From Gnetum montanum (taxonomy: Eukaryota > Plantae > Gnetophyta): DNA of 64,000 nucleotides. The notes under the pieces were generated by a model. That model ran no database searches and was not told the origin of the DNA. It saw only the letters and a list, made by a program, of their open reading frames with translations. Shown one piece after another: positions 1 through 11,900 of the stretch (positions are counted from its first letter, which is position 1; every line of letters begins with the position of its first letter). Made by a program: the position numbers and the translations under genes. The DNA lies in contig MNCI01002379.1 in the NCBI GenBank assembly GCA_015680685.1, positions 442,780 through 506,779 of the forward strand. The letters are read 5' to 3'.

Positions 1-1496
1 TATCATTTCCTCCATGGAGCATTCTAAATTCCCTCCAACTTCTTATGTTGATACTAAAATTTTTGCTTCTTCCATTGATGTAAAATTTTTTGTTAATTCT
101 CATAACCTAGATTTACTACCTAGCGAGTAGAAATTTTTAATGCCTTCTTATGGTAATGTTGATGTGAATATGACGCTTTTTTTGTTCTTTCTAATGATGT
201 ATATGAGTTGTTCATTGGTAATCTTACATTATGATATATGCTTATTCAAATTTGGGGTTACCTACCTCATAATTGAAGCTTGGCTTTGTAGTTAAATATT
301 GTGATGCAAAAACACAACATTCAAGTCATTCATGTCAGGTGCTATTCTCATTTGTTTCTACTTTTTAAAGTAGAAAATGCTTTGAGGGTGTCGTATATAA
401 GCATGTAATATTGATCATTTATAGATAAGCATGCATTATTGATCATTCAAAAATGGACATCAAATTTTGATACCCAATACAAAGAATATTCTAAAATTTC
501 ATGTGTTGGTCAGCTATTTAATATTTCATTGATTTTTCAAAGAATTGAGGAGGAAATTATTACTCTTCTCTATCTCATTAAACATACAAAATCTAGTTCA
601 AAACTATTAGGTTCTTGTAGATATTTTTTTATTGAAATTAAAAGGAAATGGTATTGTAGGCAAGTGGGAAGGTTTACAATCAACCAATTACAAATTATAA
701 TCTTCCTAATTCTTATAACTTTTGTAATCGTGAAAGACATTTGTTTAATATTTTTCCCTTTCTTCTTATAAAAAAAATAGTTAAGGAAAAAAACTGTATT
801 AAAGTTAAGAATAATAAAAATAATTAGAGGTTGAAGATATGAAAAATTTAGTTATTATCAATGATAATACTGATCAAATGGCAATAAAGAAACTAGAGAA
901 GAGAGAAGCTCATAAGGAAAATTTTTCCTTATTTGACAATATTGTCAATTTAAAGATTAAAACTTATGTTAAAAAAATGGGCTTTAGATAATGGCAAAGA
1001 TTCTTGACATAAGGTCAATTGTTATGGACAATATGTGCCATCATTTTCTATTAGATCTTCCATCCCTACAAAAGTTAATTATTCACCAAAGTTTTCTATT
1101 ACTACCTCTAAATTATTTGTTATTTTAAGTTCAAGCATGAATGTTGAAAATGATGTAAATTTTGTTAGAACTGGGACTATCCTACCTACCAATTATTAAT
1201 TTTACTCTCTTGGTTTTTCAAAGCATCAACTATAAGGTTGTACACCTAAGCAAACATTCCTAAAATTATAAAGTTTGTCCTTTCTATTTTTTATTTTTTA
1301 TGTTTTCTATTTTTTATTTTTTATTTTTTTTATGTTTTTTTAATGTTTTTTTTTTATCTTTTATGTTTTCTATTAAAATTATGTTTGGGGTCCAACACTT
1401 CTGTCTTGAATGTTACAAAAAGTGATAGATTATGTAACACAAACATTAGAAGAAGGCTTTAAGTGGGGGCGTTTGGAACCCAAAATAATTGAAACA

Positions 1497-1606
1497 TAGG
1501 TACACCCCAAGATTTATAAAAGTTTATAACTCAATGCTACCTAATATTTTCAAACCTATGACCTAGGTTTACAAGACCAAGACTTGTACGAGTAGGCTAA
1601 CACCTC
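1497..1606 (-). mobile_element. Decayed tRNA-derived SINE copy
   Basis: The reverse complement (gaggtgttagcctactcgtacaagtcttg...ataggtttg...ttgagttataaac...atcttggggtgtacc) aligns with the copies at 37431, 50202 and 55136. Confidence 0.6.
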
Positions 1607-2319
1607 ATTGTTAAAAGGCTTTGAGTGACTTTGATATAGTATAAGTTATAAAAATGACATCTTAGATTGTTTGATAATGTTCAAAAAAGGAAAAAGTGCT
1701 CTGCTGAGACCCCATTTTGTTAAGTGAAAGCTAAAATGACAATGATGATGAATTTTGAAGGCGTAAAGTTAGAAGAGGTTTTGAAAACTTGCAATAAGGA
1801 GGTGAGGACCATTAGTACTTTTTGATAAGCTTCATGAAATTTAACAAAAATGATGTCCGTGAAGTTAATGTCACATAATGTAAGATAGAATGAGAGAGAT
1901 GTGTGAGATAGAAAATTGGAGAATATAGTCTGAATTTGAAAGTTTATCAAATCATCATTGTTCTCATCAAAAGGACCAACATGACATTTGTCCAAGAGCC
2001 ACATCTCTTTAATTTTAGGGCTGAAATTGTGATTTTTGGTATCCAAAATTGGTTCATCCAAATTTCGAAGCATCCCTTGGGAAGCTACAACAAGGGACGG
2101 AGAATGCGACCATGCAACTTTTCCAAATAATATATATTTGGGGATGACCTTCTAAACACCAACAATAAAAATACATAACATCTAATTAAAAAATTAGGAC
2201 ATGGCACTTCGATCCTATAGCCTTGTCTTCATTTATTCCGGGCCGGCTGTCAATAATTTCAGTCTCTTACTAACACTAACTTCTCCATTTTAATTTCACG
2301 TATAATGGCGTCAGCCGGA

Positions 2320-3528
2320 CTTGTTGACTTCTACATTTGAATGTCACAAATAACGGCCTCAGGCGTGCTCTGCAGCATTCGCGTGCTTACCAACCATTTG
2401 GCATTATCGTAGCTATCGAATCCTCAAATAATCTCATCATCTTTAATTTAAAAAGCCCAAACCAGTATTTATGGATTTGGATGTCAATCATGATTAAACA
2501 TGGTCAAATCACCATTAAATCGTGCATGGTCAGGTGGCCATTCGAAAAATTTCAATTATCAAGATAGGATTAGGATTAAAGCTCCCCATGACCTCCTTTG
2601 CTAAACCCAAATGTATTCGACGCGTTTTCTACTCGTCTGCCTCGTGCTAGACCCTGGAGTGATTTGAGGAGACGACTATTCCAATATTCTCGAAGCTTTT
2701 CAACGTGTTTCAGCCCTGTTTAATGAAAGATTTTGGTTAGTTGACTTGTCTGCTTCTTCCTGCCATAAGGAACATAATCCTGAAATAAATTACTTTATTA
2801 GTGCTCATATCGTTGCAAAATTTCATTTCAGGGGAAACTTTGTCAACAGAATCTGATTATTTTTTGTTCCACTAATATTGAAATAAAATATCAGTCGGCA
2901 CCTGGGCACTTCCACTCACCTGCCAGGTTTTTAAAACAATCACGTCTCTCAAATTATCGCTGCACAAATACGTAACGATTACAATGTGTGAATTGGATAG
3001 CGCGTTTACCGGTTCTTAGCAATTTTTTGCTTCAAATACGGGCATAATAAAAATATCCTGCTTTTGGTAATCTGCAAATACAGAATAACCCATAATTCGT
3101 AGTATATATAATACATGTATAATTGTGTATGTATATTGGTAGGAGAATTGAGGTTTTAAAGAAAATTAATCATGTGTTTAACCTATTTCTAAATTGTTTC
3201 ATATGGTTACTTTAATAACAAAATATTCCGAAAAAAATGTTAGGTAGTTTCCTTTGACAGGAAGAGTTTGAACCGACAGGCACTTGCCTGTAAATTCACA
3301 CCCTGCTCGTATTCGTTTGATGGAAATTTGGAGAGAAATAAGCAGGAACTTTCCCCAAACTTGCAACTTGCATTGCGCCGCGGACTTTTTGCTCATTTGC
3401 ACGGTTTCTGCACGTTGCAAGCGCTGATGAAGGGGTGACGGTAAAAACATAAAATGGTATGAATTCTGAGTTGAATGAGTCTGGGTCAACAGCTGCAATT
3501 CTCACATTTGGTAAGTCAACAGCTGCAA
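2320..3528 (+). promoter_or_regulatory. W-box-rich upstream region of LecRK gene 1
   Basis: TTGAC(C/T) or its reverse complement at 2324, 2502, 2741, 3484 and 3514. CGCG-box-like sites near 2620, 3000 and 3378. Confidence 0.4.
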
Positions 3529-3720
3529 CTTCGTCGGAGCCTTTTCGTATGATCATAGCAGCGCTGCAGCTTCCTGGAATCCACTGAAAATGAAGATATG
3601 ACTTAAAACCCAGACCATTAAGGAGCAGGAGCGCCACAACAAACTTACAGCAACACGGTAGCCTCTTCGCCAACCTGCTCTTCTTGCTTGAATTCTTTCT
3701 TTCCCAAAATTTTGTTGCAG
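3511..3720 (+). other. Predicted 5' UTR intron of gene 1
   Basis: Donor TG|GTAAGT at 3511. Pyrimidine-rich acceptor ttctttcttt...ttttgttgcag at 3720, with alternative AGs at 3743 and 3763. Confidence 0.45.
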
Positions 3721-3793
3721 AAAGGAGGGTTCCTTTTTTTTAGGGATCGAAATTTAGTTGCAGAAAGTAAGGCTTCTTTGCCCCTACCTGGAG

Positions 3794-5160
3794 ATGAAAT
3801 TAGTATTCAATTTCACTGTGCTGCTGTTTCTTCTTCCCCTGCTTGGTACTGCTGCAGCACAAATTGGCAGTCCAGCGCCAGATTCTTTCAGCATATCGCA
3901 GTTTGATGATAATTACACCGACTGGTTCAATTTCGAGCCAGACGTCTATGCAAGGCTGTATTTGAACGCGATGCAGCTGACTCCGGACACGGAAAATGAG
4001 CAGTACTCGAAGTTAAACAAGAGCGGCAGAATCATGCTCAAGAGATCTTTCGGATTCTGGCGTCCGCTACCGTCAAACGGCTCTGCAAATGCGTCCAGAG
4101 AAGTCGCCTCCTTCAACTCCTCCTTTGTTCTGAACATAACGCCACAGCTGAACAGCAGCGTTGGCGGAGAAGGAATGGCGTTCGTGGTCAGCAGCTCGAG
4201 CGATCTGCCAAACAATAGCTATGGCGAATACCTGGGACTCTTCAACGGCAGCACCAATGGTAATCCAGGCAACCAATTGTTTGCAGTAGAATTTGATACG
4301 CTGAAATCCGGCAGCTTTGATCCTGATGACAACCATATCGGCGTTAACATCAACAAGATCCAATCGCTGAAAGCTGTTTCGATCAACAACACAGACATCA
4401 AGATGAAAAGCGGCATGGATTTCACTGTTTCCATCGTCTATGATGGAGTTTCCAAGAATCTGAGCGTGTACGTGAACTCCGGCAATTTTTCGTTTCCACC
4501 GAATCCGAATCCGAGCCATGTGCTGAGCATGACTTTGGATCTGTCACAAAATCTGTCAAAGGATGTCTATTTCGGCTTCTCCGCCTCCACTGGCATCAAC
4601 GCGGAGCTCAACTGCGTAAAGTCCTGGAATTTCAGCATTCATGAAGTGAAGGCCGATAAGAGCAATAACAAGCCTTTGATCATCGGTCTATCGGTAGGAA
4701 TTATTCTGGCATTGATAGCAGGCGCTATAGTAGGCGTTTATCTGAAAACGTGTCTGCAAAAGCGGCGGCAAAAACGAACAGCGGAACAATATTTCATAGA
4801 TCGCATCACAGGGCCTCGCAAATTCGAGCTCAAGGAGCTCAAGAAGGCCACGAATAAATTCGACCGGAGGCGCCTCCTCGGTAAAGGCGGCTTTGGCGAG
4901 GTGTACCTAGGGTTTCTGGTGAACGACATACGCGTGGCGGTGAAGAAGATCAAGGAAAACTCAAGCGAGGCCGACAACGAGTTCCATCGCGAGATCACAG
5001 TCATCAGCACTCTGCGGCACAAGAATTTGGTGCGCCTCCTCGGCTGGGGCTTTGACGGCGTCCACCTTCTGCTCGTCTACGAGTACATGCCAAACAATAG
5101 CTTGGACAAGCACATTTTCGGCAAAACGGAAAACGATACGGTGCTTGACTGCAAATCCAG
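3794..5160 (+). CDS. LecRK: L-type lectin receptor-like kinase gene 1, coding exon 1 (signal peptide, legume lectin domain, TM helix, kinase subdomains I-V)
   Basis: ATG at 3794 opens a signal peptide (MKLVFNFTVLLFLLPLLGTAAA). Lectin motifs GEGMAF, AVEFDT, DPDDNHIGVNIN and YFGFSASTG. TM LIIGLSVGIILALIAGAIVGVYL. Kinase GKGGFGEVY, VAVK and LRHKNLVRLLGW. Phase-2 donor AG|GTACCT at 5160/5161. Confidence 0.95.
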
Positions 5161-6835
5161 GTACCTTTCGTCATTCTGTACAGTTTGCGTTCAAGAACAT
5201 TTGTGAATTTTTACCGTCCTTCTGTCTCTTTAGTCGCTCCATCATTCATGAATCATGATTCAGAATTTCTAATGCTTGGCAAAATATTTGTTTCTCCTTT
5301 CTAAAATTTCTGGATTCGTCTGTTAAATTTCAGGAAATATTAGGGTCGTTTGATCAATCACTATGCTTAGCTTCCGGTTGTGCGAATTAGTTATGTTTTT
5401 CTAACTTAAATTACCGGAATTTCACTATTTCTATCTAAATTAGTTATGTTTCATTGTTGTATAAGAAGTCTCCTCAGTTCTTTCTTCAGGCTTCAGAAAT
5501 TACTCCACTGGTTTTCACCGGATCCTGCAATTTCCTTCATTCATTTAACGCTCGGAAATTTCGTCCAGCCCTCTAGGAATCACTGATTGAAAAATCAGAT
5601 CCGATGGGCTGGCAGCCCTTTAAAGAAATTGGATCGGAAAAATCTGAATAAATTGGCGTAAGAATTGGATCAAAATCGTCAATATTAGCAAAATAGGGTA
5701 GTTATATTCGCCGGTGCTGGTAGTTGCATTTTTCAATTTTTTTCTTCGAAGAGCTCAGTTAGAGTGGAAAATCAAATATAGAAATTTTAGTTTTGGATTG
5801 CCATCAAAATTAGTAATAAATAATATAGTAAACTTAAAAATCAATAAAAATATAACACTATTTATTAGATTAAATATCAGACTTCAATATGTGATATATG
5901 GCGGATCTCAGGATCAAGGGCAGATTTCTCAAACTATGCCAGGAATTTCATGCAGCTGCATCGACTAGTCAACATTCTTCATTCTGTACTACATTCTGCT
6001 CATTTAATTTAAAGTCAAAAGTCAAAATCAACAGCGTTTTTCCTCAGCTCTTTGCTTTATTTTTAGGACTGTTAAGAGCTTTCTCCCTTACGTTCGGTTA
6101 TGAAATTCTTTTTCCTCAGCTGTTTTCTCTGTTCTTAGAACTCTTAACACCTATCTCCTTGAGTACCGTTGTTGAGATTTTTTTTTCGAAGTTCCGAGTT
6201 TTACTAATTCGATCGTTGTTTACTAAAGCTTTAGCCAATTTCAACGTCATTACAGAGCAGACTTTCAAAATCCACTAGAAGCTCATCATTCTTCGTTCAA
6301 AGATAACTTACTCTCCAACATTTCAACAGTTTTACTGCAAAAAACCAAAGTTCTGAACCGATCAATAAAATATTCATATTTTGTACACGGAAACAAACCA
6401 ACGCGCAACTTGTAGAATGCAATATTTAATTTGAAATGCTTGCCATAATTCTCAATTTTCGTGCTAAACATCTCTGCATTTCCACGTCATAATTATTCGG
6501 AATTTCATCATTCTGAGATCCATGTTCTATACCGAACAGATCATCAAGTTTGAAACATTCCTACCTTCTTTCTTTGATCGAAACACATGCATTAACAAAT
6601 TTATTTGTCCGTTCCTGAAGGATTTTTCATTGCTTTGACTGTGGTTCTGGAAGTCGCCTGAACTCCTTGTCAAAAATAACATCAAACAAAGTTCGTTGCT
6701 CTTCACGGGACCTTGACAGCAACTCAAAACATTTCTACATTCTTGACTAAAGAAACGGCCATCAAATCATTCAAAGCCAGAGAATCCTAACAAACAGGCG
6801 CACTGTTTTTTGTTTTCTCGTTTCTTTCATGGCAG
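5161..6835 (+). other. Phase-2 GT-AG intron of gene 1 (1675 bp)
   Basis: GT at 5161, branch-like CCTAAC near 6786, T-rich tract, CAG ending at 6835. Splicing restores the in-frame kinase sequence KSR|YHII. Confidence 0.9.
5581..5938. mobile_element. hAT-type MITE in the gene 1 intron
   Basis: Termini cactgattgaaaaa...tttctcaaactatg. Near-perfect 8-bp TSD ctaggaat/ccaggaat. Inverted homolog of 39197-39587. Confidence 0.8.
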
Positions 6836-7523
6836 ATACCACATAATCCAGGGCGTGGCGTCGGCGCTGGTGTACCTGCACACGGCGACGGAGGAGCGAG
6901 TGCAAGTTCTCCACCGCGACATAAAAGCCAGCAACGTCATGCTGGACTCGGACCTGAACGCGCGCCTCGGCGACTTCGGCCTGGCGAAGGTCATCGCAGA
7001 AAACCCTAACTCCACCTCCGCCTCCGTCACATCCACGGCAATGGCAGGCACGCACGGCTACATAGCGCCGGAGTGCTTCCACACGCGGCGCGCCACTGCG
7101 GAATCGGACGTTTACAGCTTCGGCACTGTGGTTCTGGAAGTCGCCTGCGGCCGCCGTCCGGTCACAGGCGTGGATAGGCTCCTGGTCGACTGCGTGTGGG
7201 CTCTCCACGGCTCCGGTCGCATTTTAGACGCTCTGGATCCGCTGCTGGTGCCAAGAATGAGTGAATCTGACAAGGATGATATGCAGCGCCTCCTTATATT
7301 GGGACTGGCCTGCTGCCATCCGGCGCCGAGCCAGCGGCCCTCCATGCGCGCCGTGGAGCAGATTCTGGCGAGGGAAATGCCGCTGCCGGAGGTTCCCCCG
7401 GCCAAGCCGGCGTTTATGTGGCCCGTTCCTGGCTTCAGCATCAGCGAAATTTGCAGCAGCAGCAGCAGCAGTGGCGCGATTCGCTGGAGCACCAGCTCGA
7501 CTTCACGTCTCAGTCATACCTAA
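6836..7523 (+). CDS. LecRK: L-type lectin receptor-like kinase gene 1, coding exon 2 (kinase VIa-XI); spliced protein 684 aa, RD kinase, resembles the LecRK-S.5 type
   Basis: HRDIKASNVMLD, ARLGDFGLAK, AGTHGYIAPECFHT, SDVYSFG, LGLACCHP..QRPSM. TAA at 7521-7523. Total CDS 2055 nt. Confidence 0.95.
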
Positions 7524-7740
7524 CAGACGCTGTCAGCCACCAACCCTTATTTATTTATTCATTTATAAACGTTGATTATCGGCGGGCCGATTTTATTGTC
7601 ATGCTAGCCCCTCAAAATTTAGCGTGATTGTGTTGTTTATTTGGCAACGTCAGATGTGTGGGCTCTCTGTGGTGGAGTGGACGTTGTTCCCTTTGGACAG
7701 CTGGGGATATGCAGTTTCCTGGAAGATGTGTGGCTTGCGT

Positions 7741-7889
7741 TCCGGCTTCCAGTGTAGTGTACAGTGTCCATAAAGTCCTCAAATATGAAAGGCCTGTGAG
7801 ATATTTCAAAGTTCATTCCGTCTTCTAGTGTACAGTGTCAATAAAGTCCTCAAATATGAAAGGCCTGTGAAATATTTTAAAGGTCATTC
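7741..7889. repeat. ~70-75 bp tandem duplication in the gene 1 3' region
   Basis: Two copies of agtgtacagtgtc(c/a)ataaagtcctcaaatatgaaaggcctgtga(g/a)atattt. The paralogous flank near 22350 has only one copy. Confidence 0.85.
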
Positions 7890-9135
7890 ATTTACCGTGT
7901 GATGGAAGCATCGTTGAAGAAGTTTAATGTTGACCTTAATCCATGGATGAATTTGAGCAACTTTTGAACTTAGAAGCCTGTCTCTGTCTCTCTTCTGTGT
8001 CATGCTTGAAATTTCTAATCCACAACTGTTGTTGCTGCATAACTACTGAACAGAGGTCGTCTAAGTGGTTATGACAAGAATTTGTTCTTGTATAATACTT
8101 TTAGTGGGGTTACTCCTTTAGAGGAATTTTCTCTATGCTTTAAGTAGCATGTAAAATATTTAAGGGTGTTATAAGGTGAAACTTTTGAGCATATTTATCT
8201 TTAAGACATTGTTTATAACTAAGTGTTTTTTATTGTACGTGCGATCCGGTCAAACTCTACAAATGGACTAGTTGTGGCACCTAAATAGTTATACGTTGAT
8301 CGTAGTTCATTGTCTTCCTACTTAGACTAGTAATTACTTTGTCATGTATGGTTTAGTTTAGAATGAGGTGTATGATGTGGTCCTTACTACTATGCTGCTC
8401 CTAAGGACAATAAGAGATAACTTAATTGAGTTAATGGGTAATAGAAAATAAAATCTAAGCTAGCCTAAGTGCGATGAGCATTTACCATGTAGTTACACTT
8501 AAATGTTCATGATTAAGATGTACTCATTCTGTGTTAACAATAGGAATAGTAAATGACAATAAAAGAAATATTAACTAAGAAGACAACAATAAATAAATAA
8601 TAAATAATCAAAATAATTTAAAAGATAAGCGAATGCTGCAATGATGGAGTAATCTCAATCTTTATTAACGATCATGTGCGTGTCCAAGTACGTCACACTC
8701 AAACAAAGGTTTCATACAATTATAAGCATCACACTACGGACATGCACTTGGGAAAGAATTGAAAACTAAAAACTAACAAAAAGGGTTGACTCCAAAATTG
8801 ACAAAAGACTCCCTCACCGTGGGCCTGAGTACTATATTTATAGGCTAACACAAGAATCACGATATCGTGTATACGATATCATATCCAGGCTGCGATATTG
8901 CGTACCTAATATCGTGTACCCAATATCGGGGCCTGACAAACCGCGATTCATTATACCCACATGACTGAATAAAAACTCGTCCTTGAGTCAAACAAAATAA
9001 GGAAGAAGTTCATTGAATTACAAACAGTGGATAAGTATGGGATTATTAGATGACTATGGATTATTTCATGCTGCAGTGTGGGACTAGACAAAACAAAATC
9101 TAAACACCAACACAAAATACAAAATTTTGTTAAAC

Positions 9136-11900
9136 TCATATAGTTTCTGGTGGTGGTGGCTCCTCCATGGGCTTCTTTCCTTTATTTTGTGCTCCAAGCT
9201 TCTAAGATGGATACTTTTGAAGGAATGCCTAAAGTTTTTCCTCCTCTGTTTGAGGATTATGTGTTGTCTATGTTGATGTTCCAATGTTTGATGGAGTCGG
9301 CACTTCCCATGGACACAACAGTTGTGAAAACATTTGATTAGCTTTGACATACCATGCTGCAAACAGCCGCCATTCCTCTTCATAGGCTCTAGCTTTGTCT
9401 CTGCATTCCTGATAATTCGTAAGTTGTTGAGCCAAATATGCTACTACATCTTTCTGACCTTGGTAGCTAGCCTTAACCACCTCTAATTTAGAGTTTTCCA
9501 CTTCTAATTTTTGCAATGTCTTCTTATGCTCTGCAAACTTTGTTTCATATTTAGCATAGGTGGCAGCTACTTGCTTCTCGAGCTTATTTCTCAGGTGCCC
9601 GGCTATTAACATGGCCAAGTTGGCATATCGCAAATTTGTCAACTCCATGTATTTTGTGAGATTCGAGATTTGCAGGTCTCGGCTTTTTAATTCTGCTTGG
9701 TGGATGAAGACATAAGTATCTAGTATGGCTCGCTAATCAATGTGTTGAGCACTAAAAGAATTAATGTGAGCCTTAGCCATACATATCTCCTTATACATTC
9801 CCACTTGGTCACATAAGTGTTCTTTTAACTTTTCGTGCTTCTTGGCCTCATTTTTCCACACACTTATTTCTATAGCCATCTTTTGTCGGATTACGTGGAC
9901 CTCCTCCATGGAGAGGGTTTTATTCTCCCTGGCCAAGCGATTTAGGTCTTGGTTAACCCAAACTAGTTGCTCTCACATTTTTTAGCTACTTTTTTCGAGA
10001 AAGTTCTTCTATTTCTCAATTGTGGTCAATTAAAGATTCTCAGCAGCAAGTAACTGATTTTCCTCTTATAAGGCTTTGAGAGCTTTAGTATGTGCATATG
10101 TTTAAGCTTGTGCTTTTGAAGCATCCCAATCAACCTTCTCTTTTTCCATTGCCATCCTTTGATTTTCTTCCATTAATTTATTCAGTTGCTCTATTTTGGA
10201 AATGTCTAATTCATTAGCTACGATAAATCAAGAAGGATCTTGCCGTTCAACTTGTAGGACGACAAGCTTTTCTTGCAATCTTTACAACTCTTCTTCCATG
10301 TGCTCAACCCTAACTTCAACTACGACTAATTTTCCTTTGGTGAAAATGAGGTCTGATTGTGCCACAGTAACATCTTGGGAAATGTCAAATAAGGATGTCA
10401 TTACTTGTCCTATTTGTAGCAAGCGATCCAAAGCATCCTCATGTTTTGCAGGATTTATTAAGGGATCGGCCAAAACTTGAGCATCACGTGCTCCTATGAA
10501 ATCTGTCAGTGGCACAACAGGAATGTTAAACAATTCTTTGATGTGGTCTATGACCACCTCTACTGCACCTGCCACATCCTAGTATTGCATGACCACTATT
10601 GTGGCTCCTTCACCAATTTCCAACTTGACCTGGAAAGATGCAGTGTTCCTAAAGATCTGTTGAGACCATTGGGACTCTTCTCCTAAAATTAATAAAATCT
10701 GTCCACTTGTAGGGTCAACCAAAACATTGGGCTATATGACATCATCAATGACCCTGAATAAGTTATCGGTATCACGGCTTCCCTAACTGACCATCTCAGT
10801 GATTGTTCAAAGATGATTGATAAATGGCCAATAGTCTTGTTGCGGTGATGGCAAATTGCTAGACTTGTTAGCTCATGAAATGTGTGTTGGGCCTTGCTTC
10901 CTGTTGTTGGTTGGGTCCTGTTGTCTAAGGCACATTGGGCCCAACTATTTGTTCTTCCTCTTGTTCTAATTTCTCGCCAATGTCTTTCCTAGGCGCCGAC
11001 AGTTTGAGTAGTTTAGCATATGAAGCATTTTGGGCTTTTCTAGGAATATCATTTATGTAGCCCAAAATCCCAACACATCTACATAGCTTCTTGATAAGAT
11101 AAGGAAAAGACAAAGCAAGCTTCCCTATCTTCCTTTCCTCCAATTGCCTTAATATCTCCATTAAATATAAATGGGGGTAGGTTCACATTAAATTTTCCCA
11201 TCAAAATCACACTGCCCCGCGCCGCATAAGTAGATAACCTATTTAATCCTTTGGTGGGGAAAAGGTCATAAGTGCTAATCTTAAAATAGATCCTCTCCTC
11301 TAGGGTTAATTCTCTGTAAAATTTATTCTCCTTGTTGTAGGCCCGTTTCAACCATAATTTCCTTGCATTTGCATCTGAGCGAGTGAAAAAATGAACAACT
11401 TTTGGTCCTTTATTTGGAAGATTTAAGACCTTTGCAATGGCTTTTGCCAAAAAATCAATAGAGACACCACCTATATTGGCCATGGTGCCTTCCTCCTTGC
11501 CATGCTAAAATTGATACGTTTCACCCAAATACCAATCACCACTCTCTGAGAGGATGGGCCATAGTGAAGATGCATTTAGCTAAGTCTTCACTAGCTCAAG
11601 GGCGAACTCAATGAAAGGCCCAAAATTGAGCTCCACTATCACAGCTATGAAGGCGGGCTTCTCCCAAATGGCTTGGAGACATTTAGGGGATAGTGTAATA
11701 TGTTGTCTTGGTTCTATGGCTCTGACTTTGCCACCTTCTACATGGCCAGATTGCATTGTTGCAAGGGTTTCTTGATGAATGTTGTATGAGTAGGCCTCCT
11801 ACTCTACATGTTCTTCTCGAGGTTCCTAGCCGCTACCTCCTCTAAGGCATTTAGTTGCACCTTGAGAAGGTCCTCCCTATTGTCCTATTTTAGGGGCCAT
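9136..11900 (-). pseudogene. Extra 3' (env-position) ORF of the Athila-like element: plant-transposon-protein-like domain plus long coiled coil, ~920 codons, disrupted
   Basis: Starts ATGGCCCCTAAA (MAPK) at 11900. Contains the motif LSFPYLIKKLCRCVGI and heptad-rich fragments. Peptide conserved with copy B (ENKTLSME..IEISVWKNEAKKHEK..DQVGMYK vs ENNTLSME..IEISTWQNEVKRHEK..DQVGMYK). Ends MEEPPPPETI*. Confidence 0.75.

Noticed and set aside
1-620. Possible decayed PIF1 helicase trace (IFASSIDV..NSHNLDLLPSE, GQL)
   Set aside because: The motifs are too degenerate to support without a profile search.
3758-3793. ORF-track start at TTG 3758, and a donor-like GTAAGG at 3767
   Set aside because: ATG 3794 opens a normal signal peptide, and a 27-bp intron would be too short.
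5161-6835. Near-identical intron lengths in the two genes (1675 vs 1685 bp)
   Set aside because: The gene 1 intron includes a ~366-bp MITE insertion, so the match is coincidental.
3946-7492. Antisense and alternative-frame ORFs over the LecRK exons (also 45005-46439 and 48103-48805)
   Set aside because: These are shadow ORFs expected from GC-rich codon usage and carry no motifs.
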